Origin: Mobula hypostoma
Taxonomy: Eukaryota
Direction of reading: 5' to 3'
Length of the DNA stretch: 64,000 nt
Assembly (NCBI RefSeq): GCF_963921235.1
Contig: NC_086097.1
Coordinates: forward strand, 198,960,001 to 199,024,000
The notes below the pieces were generated by a model. That model was not told the DNA's origin. It saw only the letters and a list, made by a program, of their open reading frames with translations, and made no database searches. The translations under genes were made by a program, and so were the position numbers. This document shows positions 1 through 12,264 of this stretch, piece after piece. Position 1 is the stretch's first letter; each line of letters opens with the position of its first letter.

Positions 1-120
1 CAAGAGACTTGAAAGTGGGAGGGGGAGGGGGAGATCCAAAATGATAGGAGAAGACAGGAGGGGGAGGGAAGAAGCCAAGAGCTGGAAAGTTGACTGGCAA
101 AAAGGATACATAGTTGGAGA
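1..120 (-). mobile_element. PLE 3' terminal-region fragment
   Basis: Closely matches ~58248-58365 of the Neptune-type PLE (gaaagtgggagggggagggggagatccaaaatgataggagaagacagg). Confidence 0.75.
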
Positions 121-200
121 AGTCTTCCATTAATGCCTCTCCTCCCCTTCTTACCCCATCCCTTATTAAAAAGGGGGGGAATAAAAATAAAAATAAATAA

Positions 201-291
201 TCTGGGGGAACGTTGTATCATTTTTTAATGCATGCATTTCTAAATGACAATAAACGAGGACTGACTGTCCTCATAATCTAATCTAATCTAA
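201..291 (+). mobile_element. 3' stub of the (TCTAA)n-tailed non-autonomous element
   Basis: Near-identical to ~43813-43914: tttctaaatgacaataaa, gaggac/gtcctc hairpin, (TCTAA)n tail. Confidence 0.75.
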
Positions 292-667
292 TTGAATATG
301 GAGGCTCTTGGGATGGTAGATCAAGACAAAAGAAACTATCACTGGAAAGATGGTGGAAAGATGGGGTAAGTATGGAATAGTCAATAGTTTTTGATTTATT
401 TTGTATCTCACTTCTGCCACTTCAATATCACTCCTGAAAAAATAATATTGCTCACATCCATCTTCTCCAATAGAAATCACAGCAATTCAAGTTTAGAGTC
501 CAATATTAACTTGAAGGTAGGGATGGAGTGTGGGAAGCTGTTTGAATTCAGAAAGCTTAGAATAAGTGGATTAATATTTGTTATTATGTTTGGTTGTGGC
601 TGAGAAATAGCATCAGAACAATATGAGGTGTTTGAGTCTTTGGCACTAGACTGCAGCAAGGGAACAG

Positions 668-1298
668 AAGGCATACGGTGCATTGGCCTTCATCAATCAT
701 GGGATTGGGTTTAAGAGCCGAGAGGTAATGTTGCAGCTATATAGGACCCTGGTCAGACCCCACTTGGAGTACTGTGCTCAATTCTGATCGTCTCACTGCA
801 GGAAGGACGTGGAAAACATAGAAAGGGTGCAGAGGAGATTTACAAGGATGTTGCCTGGATTGGTGAGCATGCCTTATGAGAATAGATAGAGTGAACTCGC
901 CTTTTCTCCTTGGAGCGACGGAGGATGAGAGGTGACCTGATAGAGGTGTACAAGATAATGAGAGGCATTGATTGTGTGGATAGGCAGAGGCTTTTTCCCA
1001 GGGCTGAAATGGCTAGCACGAGAGGGCATAGTTTTAAGGTGCTTGGCAGTAGGTACAGAATAGATGTCAGGGGTAAGTTTTTTTACGCAGAGAGTGGTGA
1101 GTGCGTGGAATGGGCTGCCGGCGGCGGTGGTGGAGGCGGAAACAATAGGGTCTTTTAAGAGACTCCTGGATAGGTCCATGGAGTTTAGAAAAATAGAGGG
1201 CTATGGGTAAGCCTAGGTAGTTCTAAGGTAAGGACATGTTCTGCATAGCTCTCTGGGCAGTAGGGCCTGTATTGTGCTGTAGGTTCCCTATGTTTCTA
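668..1298 (+). mobile_element. CR1 LINE 3' fragment
   Basis: LVRPHLEYCAQF and RRRMRGDLIEVYKIM motifs; highly similar to 14245-14880; ends in ctatgtttcta. Confidence 0.9.
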
Positions 1299-1639
1299 AC
1301 AGAGTGGAGAGGAGAGATGACATAATTGGGGCAGCAGGCAAATTGGAAAGGCTACTATTGAAAGAAATTACAATGGATAGGAAAGATTTATTGGGATTTT
1401 GACCATATGCAGGGAAATAGGACTTGTTCAGTTAGAAAATTCGTCTGGCACAAATGCGTTGGGCTAAGGTGTCTGCTTCGGTGCTGTACAGATTTTTCAC
1501 TCTATGACTGTAACTAAGTTTCAGACCTTGCTGGGGGGAGGGGTGGTGGTGTGGTTAATGCCAATAGTATAAAGTTAGGCAGTAGGATCGCAGAACAGTT
1601 GACAGTGACATTGTGGGAGCAGATGAAGTAGGCAAGGGC

Positions 1640-2320
1640 CCAGTCACTCTATTAGGGAAAATATCAACCCTGTATCTACCCTGTCAAACCCCATAAGGAT
1701 TTTGTTTAGTTCAATGAGATCACATTTTATTCTTCCAAATTTGAGTGTGTACAGTCCAAGTCTGCATTTCCATTTTCATGTGATGATCCTCTATTCCAAA
1801 AGTCAATCCAGTGAAGCTTTGTTAAAATATCTCAATCACAAGAATATCCTTCCTTAGCCAGGGCTATCAAACTTGCAAACATTATTCCAGGGCAGTTTCA
1901 TCATGGCCCAGTGTAACTGGAATAATATGTCTCCAATCTTGTCCTCACTTCCTCTTATAATAAAGGCTATCATGCTCTTCCCCTTGAAGAATATAAAAAT
2001 GTTAAAAATAGAAGCAGAAAAGTTAAGCCTGTTCCATCATTCAGTAAGATCCTGGCTAATCTGCTGTGGACTCAGCTCCACCTACCTGCCTTTTTCCCAT
2101 AACCTTTAATTCCCCGACTGTGCAAAAAACAACCTAACTGTGTCTTACGTATATTTAGTGAGGTGGCTGTTACTGCTTTCCTGGGCAAAGAATCCCACAG
2201 ATTCACTACTCTTGGGGAAAAGCAGTTCCTCCTTATCTCCATGCAAAATCTACTCCTCTGAATTTGGCAGCTGTGTCCCTTTATTCTAGTTTCACCTACC
2301 AGTGGAAAAAACTTTCCTGC
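1640..2320 (-). mobile_element. Two degraded CR1 3' fragments
   Basis: Reverse-complement resemblance to CR1 ORF2 C-terminus and 3' UTR seen elsewhere in the window; no intact ORF. Confidence 0.6.
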
Positions 2321-2322
2321 TT

Positions 2323-3195
2323 TGATTGGAGAACTGCGCAGACACAGTATAAGTGTTCCTGCACAAGTCTGATGAGCAGCTTTAAAATGCAGGAAGTTTT
2401 TTCAATGGGAGGCTTTAATTGGAGTATTGCACAGACGCAGTAGAAGGGGTCCTGCGCAAGTCTGGTGAAGAGCTTTAAAAAGCCATTCTCCGCAAGAGAG
2501 GGATACTGTCTAGCGGAGTGGTTATTGTTGGAGTGGTCTGAGTCAGAGTAGTAAGGCTTTGGCTCAACAGGGCTTCAGCAAGAACAGGCGGAGGCAAGGT
2601 AAGTAGGTAAGTTCATTCCTTATTTCTTATTTAACTCTTGAGAGAACATGGGGTATGTCTACAGAGAGAGTGTTCTATCCTGGGTGTCAGATGTGGGATT
2701 TCTGAGAAATTACCAGACTTCCCGATGGCCAGATCTGCATTGAGATGCAGCTCCTTGGAGACTCTGTTAGGGAACTGAAGCTGCAGCTCAATGACCTTCA
2801 GCTTGTTCGGGAAAGTGAAGAGGTGATAAACAGGAGCTACAGGAATGTAGTCACCCCAAGGCTACAGGACTGTCAGGAGAGGGAAGAGGAGGTAGTGGAG
2901 GGTACCCCTGTGGCCGTCCCCCTCAATAATTAGTACTCCATTTTGAGTACTGCTGGGGGGTGGGGGGAGTGGACATACTTGGGGGAAACAACAGTAGCCG
3001 TGCTTCTGGCACTGTGACGGGCCTTGTGGCTCAGAATTGTAGGGAATTGAAGAGGATGGCAGCAGTAACAGGGGACTCTATAGATAGGGGGACAAATATG
3101 CGATTCTGTGGACACGAGAAAGAAACACGGATGGTAGCTTGCCTCTCAGGTGCCGGGGTCTGTGATGTTTCTGAACGTTTCCACAATATCCTGAA
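2323..3195 (+). mobile_element. CR1 5' UTR and ORF1 remnant (coiled coil + SGNH esterase)
   Basis: VRELKLQLNDLQLVRESE, TPVAVPLNN, AVTGDSIDRG, CLSGAGVCDVSER; homologous to 21556-22074. Confidence 0.8.
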
Positions 3196-3289
3196 ATATT
3201 TCGTTTGCCTGGCACTGACTCCTGTGACACTCCATTCACCACTGCCAACCAAAGAAGCACCCATTTATCTCAACCCTCTGCCTTCTATA

Positions 3290-4410
3290 GGTTAACCCAT
3301 TCTTTATCCATACTTACGCTCTCATCAATGATGCTCTCACACGCATCTCCTCCATTTCCCGCACTTTGGCCCTCACCCCATCCTCCTGTCACCACAACAG
3401 GGACAGAATTCTCCTTGCCCTCACCTACCACCCAATCAGCCTCTGGATCCAGTACATAACCCTCCACAACTTCCGCCACCTTCAACAGGACCACACCACT
3501 AAGCATATCTTTCACTCTCTACCTCTCTCTGCCTTCCGCAGCGATCGGTCCCTCCGCGACTCCCTGCTCCACACATCCCTCCGGACGGATCTCCCACTCG
3601 GCACTTATCCCTGCAAGCGTAAGTGCTACACCTGTCCCTACACCTCCTCTCTCACCACCATTCAGGGCCCCAAACAGTCTTTCCAGGTGAGGCAACACTT
3701 CACTTCTGAGTCTGTTGGGGTCATCTATTGCATCCGGTGCTCCCGGTGCGGCCTCCTCTACATCGGTGAAACCTGACGCAGATTGGGGGACAGCTTCGTC
3801 GAGCACCTCTGCTCCGTCCGCCACAATAGACAGGATCTCCCGGTTGCCACTCATTTCAACTCTGCTTCACATTCCCATTTGGATATGTCCATACATGGCC
3901 TCCTCTACTGCCATGATGAGGCCAAACTCAGGTTGGAGGAGCAACACCTCATATACCGTCTAGGTAGTCTCCAGCCCCTGGGCATGAACACTGAATTCTC
4001 CAACTTCTGGTAATTCCCTCCCCTTCCCTTCCCCCATCCCAGTTTCACTCTTCCCACTCCTCCAGTTGCCTATCACCTCCCTCATGGTTCCGCTTCCTTC
4101 TACTACCCACTGTGCTTTCCCCTATTCCTTCTTCACCTTTCCTGCCTATCCCCTCCCCGCTTCCCCTCCCCCTCCCCTTGATCTTTCCCCTTACTGGTTT
4201 TTCACCTGGAACCTACCAGCCTTCTCCTTCCCACCCTCCCCCCACCTTCTTTATAGGGCCCCTGCCCCCTCCCTCTTCAGTCCTGATGAAGGGTCTCAGC
4301 CCGAAACATTGAGTGTTCGTTTCCACGGATGCTGCCCAACCTGCTGAGTTCCTCCAGCGTGTTGTGCGTGTTGCTTTGACCCCAGCATCTGCAGAGAATT
4401 TTGTGTTTAC
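3290..4410 (+). mobile_element. Penelope-like element, Neptune-type 3' fragment (GIY-YIG + terminal repeat)
   Basis: PCKRKCYTC linker, VIYCIRCSRCGLLYIGET*RRLGD, LPVATHFN, LEEQHLIYRLGSLQP; hammerhead-like CTGATGAAGGGTCTCAGCCCGAAAC at 4283-4307. Confidence 0.9.
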
Positions 4411-4439
4411 TTTATCCATACCAATACATTACCTAACTC

Positions 4440-4810
4440 CTTGTATCCCTATAGATGTCCTGTATGGGCTACCCTGTTGAACACCTTCTGGAAAATCAAA
4501 TATACAACATAAACCTGTGCCCTTCTATTCACTGCGCTTGTTACATCATCAAAGAACTCCAGTAAGTGTGACAAACAGGATCTGCCTTTCTGCAGTCCAT
4601 GCTGCATCGGCCTGATGGAATCTCTTCTATTTATATGTTTCAATATTTCTTCCTTAATGATAACTTCAAGCATTTTTCCGACTACAGACGTTAAGCTAAC
4701 TAGCCTATAGTAAACGACCCTTTGTCTACATCCTTTTTTAAACAGTGGCATGACAATCACTGTCTTCCAATCCAAAGTGGCCTGTCCATAGTACATATTT
4801 CTAAATGCTT
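4440..4810 (-). mobile_element. CR1 ORF2 RT fragment
   Basis: PLFKKG...YRLVSLTSVVGKMLE...QHGLQKGRSCLSHLLEFFDDVT. Confidence 0.85.
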
Positions 4811-5951
4811 CCATTGAGCTATGTGCAGTCACCAGCATCAAATTGCTCAGTCTTTGACACCACCCTCCACTGGGGGAGGAGCTTGGAGAATAGGGAAGGA
4901 GGAACCAAGAAGAAAAATAACAACTCTCAAACTTTCACTTTGAATTTCATTTGCCATGCTCTTTGCCAGTCACTTAACCCGCCTGCATTTGCGTGAAGGT
5001 TCTATGCATCCTCCTTAGACTCCCCACTTTGTATCTTCAGCAAACTTTGGACACATTTCCCTCAACCAAATCAGTTTTGATTGTGGAAAGTTAGGAGCTG
5101 AGTAACAATCCCTGTTTAGTCATTAGAAGAGAATTATCATTAGGATTAAATATAACAAGTCAAATTCGCAAGTCAATGTAATTTCACAGATGGTGGATCT
5201 TTAAATTTGGAGATTACCTGCTGTCCATGATAAAATACAGCCAGAAGAAACATTGCCATGAGTAGCAGGGAAGTTTCTTTCGTGCCTAAGAAATCTCTGC
5301 TACAAAAGAACAAAATTTGTTTTTAAACAATGCATTTAACAAATTATAACTGTTACACACTTCTTATCTTGCTTAGTAAGGTTTGCAAACTTAAGTGCAG
5401 ATTACTACAAAGGCCAACAGCAAATGTTAAGCTTTGAGATTCGCAAAAAGGGAAGTAAGAGGACTGCTTACAGGTAAATGCCTGGTTCTTTGAAGGTTAA
5501 TGCAATCAAATGGGAGAAGCAAGGCAAAGACCTCAATATACCTTAAGATCATTTTCCAGTGGTTCAGTCAAATCTTTATAATGTCTGTGGAGCTTGACGG
5601 GACTTAATAAATATAAGATAAATGGGGCCAGATCATGTCAACTTAATTACAGAGGTTGCAAAGGGATGAGAATTTACCAAAAATTCTTTCCTCTGTCATG
5701 CAAAGTCTCCTCCAAGCATTCACCTAAGAGTTCTGCCCACCATTGTTTGATGCTGACAACAGGCGGCCAAGACAATTTTAGGGTTTGTTCCTGTGGTTCA
5801 GTCAGGAGTGGCATGTGAAGGATTATGATTTGTGGACTAGGCTAACAGCAGCCAGTCACATATAGGGCAGTTAGACAACTGCACCAGTCAGAGATGTGCT
5901 TCACAGCCCCAGAAATTTTCAATTGCCAGATTTAGGCACAAAATAAGCATA

Positions 5952-6406
5952 TGCAGGGTAGCAGACACCAACAGAATCAACAAACTCATTCGTAAGGCCA
6001 GTGATGTTGTGGGGATGGAACTGGACTCTCTCACGGTGGTGTCTGAAAAGATGATGCTGTCCAAGTTGCATGCCATCTTGGACAATGTCTCCCATCCACT
6101 ACATAATGTACTGGGTGGGCACAGGAGTACATTCAGCCAGAGACTCATTCCACCAAGATGCAACACAGAGCGTCATAGGAAGTCATTCCTGCCTGTGGCC
6201 ATCAAACTTCACAACTCCTCCCTTGGAGGGTCAGACACACTGAGCCAATAGGCTGGTCCTGGACTTATTTCCATCTGGCATTTTACATATTATTATTTAA
6301 TTATTTATGGTTTTATATTGCTATATTTATACTCTATTCTTGGTTGGTGCAACTGTAACGAAACTCAATTTCCCTCGGGATCAATAAAGTACGTCTACCT
6401 ATCTAT
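5952..6406 (+). mobile_element. Rex1/Babar-like LINE 3' fragment
   Basis: HAILDNVSHPLH...PRCNTERHRKSFLPVAIKL; near-identical to 51065-51500; aataaa near the 3' end. Confidence 0.8.
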
Positions 6407-6869
6407 GCAGGTCTAATTTATCTGTTTAATCTTTTATAGCCACCAATCAGGAATATTTACTCCTTACAAGTACACAGAATTAAAAAACAGTTTCGTTCAA
6501 TATTGAACTTGTTTCCTATAGAAACTGTAGTAAAGGGAAAAGTAATTATAGGAAAGAGAAATATAATTTGCTCGTGCTAAATAAGTATTCCACGAAAGGA
6601 ACCAATTTTAGATGAACAGTATAATCAATAACTGATAATGCTGCAAATAATTTGTTCCTTAAAAAACAATATGATTGTCTCCTTTGCGTCCTGTTATGTA
6701 AAATACTGAGAACTGAGCTCATGGTCCTTGAAGGACCACATATAATCTTTTTCTGTATTGAATATCCTCATCTCAGCTGGAGCAACAAATTCATTTCATT
6801 TTTAATACAGTTGTGTTTTATTCTGTGAAGACCTTTGATTTTCTAAAACTATTCTCTTCTTCTTCACTC

Positions 6870-7335
6870 ACTTATGGTGTTGGAACACCAAAGCCTTTGA
6901 GCGGAAAATCCTACAAAAGGTAGTGGATTTGGCCCAGAACATCACGGGTAAAAGCCTCCCAACCACTGAGCAATTGATATGAAACGTCGCTGTAGAAAAG
7001 CAGCATCCATCATCAAAGATCCTCACCACTCAGGCCATTCACTTTTCTCGCTGCTTCCATCAGGTAGAACGTACAGATCCTTAGGACTCGCACCACCACG
7101 GTCAGGAACAGCTACTACCCCTCAGCCATCAGGCTCTTGATTTATGATCGCCATTTATTGCTATTTCTGTCTAATCTGCATTTGCACAGTTTATTTAGAG
7201 TCTGCAGATCCTGGTTACAGTTACTCTTCTATAGATCTGCTACGTGTGGCAACAAAATAATTTCAGGGTTGTATGTGGTGACATGTATGTACTCTGCTAA
7301 TAAGTTTTACATTGCATTTTGAAACTTGAACTTTA
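6870..7335 (+). mobile_element. Degraded Rex1/Babar-like 3' fragment
   Basis: KAASIIKDPHH...FSLLPSGR remnants; homologous to 60305-60600. Confidence 0.7.
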
Positions 7336-7638
7336 ATTTGACACCTGAGATGATGCTAGGATGCTACCATTGTGATTGTAGCTGGGAGCTAGAGGGTAAC
7401 AGACAAAATACATAACTAAAAATACCCCTGTAGCCTGATGGGACATACCTTGAACCACGTGGAACTTTGGCATGCATTAAGATCCAGACTACGAACTGAT
7501 AGGGGTGGGGTTTGAGCCTTGTCCATTCTTGTTCCTGGACATTAAGCATTACTGCTTTAGAACTAAAAAAAAATTGCCATGCTTCCATGTCTAAATAATG
7601 CAATTGGTATTGAATGGAATAGAAAATTAAGCACTTAC

Positions 7639-7811
7639 TCTCCACTGTGATAGAAGTTATCATATCTAACAAAGAGCGAGCTGTAGATGGTTTCAGTCAG
7701 TAGTGAGTAAACCGCAATCATTATCAGTAAAACGGCAAGTTTCAGGATGGAATTCAGACGGAGAAACACTGCACAGGTCACCATTGCTAGCACTCCAGTA
7801 AACACAAAATA
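7639..7811 (-). CDS. ADCY8: ADCY8 exon (~exon 12; transmembrane helices), 173 bp
   Basis: Not in the ORF track; read by hand as [57 protein letters not shown](E); acceptor ttgtctag|TAT, donor GA|gtaagt. Confidence 0.95.
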
Positions 7812-8254
7812 CTAGACAAATAACACACAAGGGTTAGGTTAGCGCTTCAACTCTGTAACAGACACTGCTTCAGATATTCTGTGAATTTATTACGGGCATT
7901 TACTTTATTAAATGCTCTGCAGATTTTAGATCTTCCAGTAAAACACCATAAGCTCTGACACTTTGCACTTTTCCATGACAATGTATTTAAACTTAATGAA
8001 CCGCATAAGGTAACTTGGATTCCCATTCAGTCTCATTTCTAGACTTGTTCCCTATCTATACCATTCAAGGTAATGGAGTGGATGTGTGGAGGGATCATGA
8101 CATCAGCTTTCGTTTTCTATGACTCAGAGTGATAACACACCAATGTATTATCCACTGGGCTGCCAGTCAAGTGGTATAACTTATAAATAATCAAAATTAT
8201 GCATCCCATTTAATTTCAAAAGTAGCTGTAAAAATATTGATACAAGGCATTATT

Positions 8255-8860
8255 CAGATGCTGGAAATCCAGAGTAACACACACAGAGTGCTGGAGGAAC
8301 TCAGCAAGTCATCTATGGAGAGGAATAAATAGCTGGCGTTTTAGGCTGAGACTCTTCATCAGAACATGAATGCCCCGGTGAAATTTGTTCCCATTCAATC
8401 TCATTTTCGGACGCTCTCTATCAAGATAATGGAATTGATGAAGGGTCTTGGTCCGAACCCTTGGCAACACAATAGTAACCCGGGCAGCACGGTAAATTAG
8501 CAGTTAGCGTAACGCTATTACAGCTCCAGCAACCCGGGCTCACGTCCCGACACTGTCTATAAGGAGTTTGTATGTTCTCCACATGACCTTGAGAATCAAG
8601 CTTCCTCCCACATTTCAAAGATGTATGTGTTAGGGTTAATAATTTGCGAGCATGCTATGTTGGCACTGGAAATGTGATTGACTGTCCCCAGTACATCCTT
8701 TCTGCGTTGGTCATTGACGCAAATGACGCATTTCACTGTATGTTTCAATATTTTGATGAACGTGACAAATAAAGCTAATTTTTAGTCTTTAGTCTTTAAT
8801 CTCTCCATAGATGCTGCCTGACCTGCTGAGATCCTCCAGAATTTTCTGTGTGTTACTCTG
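8255..8860. repeat. Inverted pair of PLE-terminal sequences split by a SINE
   Basis: 8255-8366 is the reverse complement of 8435-8470 plus 8800-8860; each arm carries a decayed hammerhead core. Confidence 0.7.
8482..8800 (+). mobile_element. tRNA-derived V-type SINE
   Basis: tRNA-like head gggcagcacggt...; V-domain-like aaggagtttgtatgttctcc...ttcctcccaca; LINE-like tail gtgacaaataaagctaat. Confidence 0.75.
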
Positions 8861-9150
8861 TAAAAATAATTTTCATCTCCTATAGTTCAAATAATTGCAA
8901 CATTTCTGGACAACATTTCCAGGTTTACTTACTATCTGAGACTCACCACAAAGAGTCCTCTTAATCTGATAACACAACAAAGTACCAGAGAAACTAAATA
9001 TTACAAAATTATTAAAATTATTTGAGAGTTATTAAAATAAATCCCTGAAAAAAATGCACATGAAAGTATATACTGCTTTCCTTGATTCCTGGGCAAACTC
9101 AAGTACAATTAAGTGCATTCAAAGTGGCATGACTTGTCACTATTGCATTC

Positions 9151-9599
9151 TGTAGGAGCCATGTATCTATTTTCTGTCTGTCTGTATTATATTTTTGTTG
9201 TGTGTTTATTATGGGTAATCTGTCATGTGGGTTGGGGCGTAGTAGAAGTGAATGAATATAGTTACGTATTCACTACTTATCTAAGTTGAGTTTAGTCTAA
9301 ATAGAGCCAGAGAGTGGGCCACAGGTTTATGGTTTTGTTGACCGCTAAGATCACTAACGCGATTGCTAGATCGCTATTATATCATTATTATACTGCTTAG
9401 TGTCTTTATAGCACTAGTTTTAGTTTCATCAGTTTTTTTAATCATTACAATATTGTTCATCTTTGCTTGATTCATAATAAAAGATCGAACGTACTCTTCT
9501 GAACTTTGGAACTTTGTTATTTTGAATCATGTCATGCAGTGTCAACTCCTGGGCTTAGTCTCTGAGTGGTTTTTGGTTTGTTTTCAAGTAATCACTACA
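9151..9599. mobile_element. Solo LTR (449 bp)
   Basis: TGTAG...CTACA inverted termini, 5-bp TSD CATTC (9146-50, 9600-04), internal AATAAA near 9476. Confidence 0.8.
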
Positions 9600-11519
9600 C
9601 ATTCAACAGGAAGTTTAATAGAAACTCATACTTTTTGCCTTAGCTTCTCTTGAACCATTCTCTGCTCTCTTTAGATCCCTGTCAGTAGCCTGTGTTATCA
9701 TTCAACATTTCAGCTACTTCAGCTCCACCATCACAATCAAATAAAAGCCAAACAGTCAGCATGTTAGAAGTTTGAATCACCACAAAAATGTTGGAAATGT
9801 TCAAAAAGTCAGACAGCATCTATGGTGAGAGAAGCAGAGATAGTACTTTTTGCTTAAAAGTCATTGACCTCAGGAATTAGCTTTGTTTCTCCCATCACCA
9901 TTACTTTGCTTTCCTCCTCTCCACCAATGCCAGCAGTTTAAATCTCCTTGTTTAAGCCCATTGCTTTCATTTGTATTTTTCCTAACACTCCCTGGGCGGC
10001 ACAATGATATCACAGGCATTGCTTTAAGTCAAGCAATGCTTGCCTTTTCTCTTGTTTGCCTTTCTACCAACTACATCCAGTTTGAATTAACCTCACACCT
10101 CTTTTCTAATTTCTTCACCCACTCCACTGTTTCCTTGCATAGATCAACAATTCTTATAATGTTTTGTATTTCCTTTCAGAATGCCCATTCACTTGGGATG
10201 GCTCATAGTAATGTCCAGACTTGATTAAAATTTGGCTCAAAACACTTTCCACTTGTACTTTCATGTAAATAACTGAAGCAGAAATGTGAACATTATAATA
10301 AAGTTACTCACTGTTCTCTGCCTACACCATTACCCTGTACCTCCATGAGGTTATCACAATGTTCTGCCCCTCATTTTCCATCTTCATTATCCAATTTTTC
10401 ATCAACCCACCATTCATTACTTTTTAAGGTATCTACCCTCGTTTAACTTTTGCACTTTTACTCATTTATTTTGATCTTCAAGCACTCTTTATTGAATTTT
10501 TTTTACTCTGTTCTTCTCTTCAAGCAATTCACACAATGTAAAGTCCTTATCAGATCCCATGGTCTCCCTATTCACATGGTCCCAACTTATATCCTTTGGT
10601 TCCTTCTAAGTTTGGCTCGCAACACTTCTCATCACTCCTTCCATGAAGTATTTGTAGCAGAAATGTGAAAATTAACATGAAGTAACCCCTTGTCTTTGCC
10701 ACACTATTTGCCTCCGTGAACATTTCAGACCGTACTCCCCCTGATACTTCTCATTTTACCATTGGAGTAGAAAGAAATAGCTTCCTTCTCGATATTTTTC
10801 GATCTTTGTAGATTGTGCTATTTTGCAGAATGCAATTCTCTTACAATTCTTTCAAACTATGTAGCCTAGTTTTTACTCCACCTTTCTAGCATTGCTAACT
10901 GACTGAAAGCAATTAATGAATAGCATTGTTGTCCAACAAATCAATTTCTAATTTTCTCACACACTTATACTCCCAAATCACAAAGGAATATAGATCCATA
11001 CAGAGCTTATATTCTCCGTGATGATAGCAATGATGGCCTTTCCATCTTTACTCCAATTGTGAACCTTCAAACAAATCACCTCCCAGTCACACTCATATGA
11101 TCAATGAAATTGAGTGTTACCTTGTAGGATCCTATCGCATTACCTGACCCAGGGGGAAATTGTATTAAGATAGACTAGGAATGAATGAGGTGGCAGTGAG
11201 TTAGAAGGTGATTGAAAGAAGTGGTTGCGATGTGGATGGCGTCAGGTCAGGGTGCTGAAGGATTGCAAATATGTACAAATCTGAAAATACTTCTTACATT
11301 GAGGGCAGATAGTACTCCTGCTCTTTGGACTCATCCTTTTTGAAACCAATTGTAAAGATGCAGTCACACAGTCTCCTTAAAAGACATTACTGACTTTTCT
11401 CTTGACAGTGTGCTGGCTTGGCTAAGCTAATGGCTTCTACTGGAAATTTATTTTGTTTTAAGGTAACTATAAATCACTATTAACTATTTAGAAGGAGAAT
11501 CCTATCTGCAGGCTGAGAA

Positions 11520-12122
11520 TAAATGGGGAAGACATAAAACAAGTACAGAGCTTTTGCTACTTTGGAAGCTGGGTGACATCAGATGGCAAGTGCGACATGG
11601 ACATCAAAAGAAGAATATGGATAGCAATAGACACTTCTACGAGAATGAAGAGTTTACTGACCAACACTAAACTAGGCCTCAGAGCACTGAAATATTACGT
11701 TTATCCAGTTATGTTGTACGGCTCAGAATGTTGGAAAATATCTAGTAACATGAGGAAATGAATTGAAGCAGCAGAGATGTCGTTTTTGAGGAGGATGTAA
11801 AGAATATCATGGATGAAACAATATCTAATGAGGATGTCATGAACAGAGCAAGCACAAAAAGAGAAATAATGTGTGAGATCATGAAAAAGCAATGTGACTT
11901 CATTGGACATGTCATTAGGAAAGAGGAGATAGAATGCACGGTAATTATGGGAAAGATTGAAGGGAAGAAAGCAAGAGGAAGACAAAGACAAATGATGATG
12001 GAGACAGCAGCCAGAGAACTGGAAATGAATACAATGAATTGATCCACTTGACCTGAAACAGTAGTGTGTGGGCCATGGCAGTCAAACCTCAAACTGCGCA
12101 CGGCACCTGATGATGATGATGA
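11520..12122 (+). mobile_element. RTE-clade LINE 3' fragment
   Basis: DIKRRI...YVYPVMLYGSECW...GHVIRK...MGKIEGKKARGRQR; (TGA)n tail at ~12108-12122. Confidence 0.85.
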
Positions 12123-12264
12123 TTATGTATAATGGCACAGAACTATAAACTTGAGCTGCCTCCATTAAAATTGGAAGAGATCGGCTTTGGGTGAAATAAG
12201 ATTGATATTAAAAATTTTAAAGAACTAAATTATATATGATGCATGTCATAGCTGCAGAAAAGGA

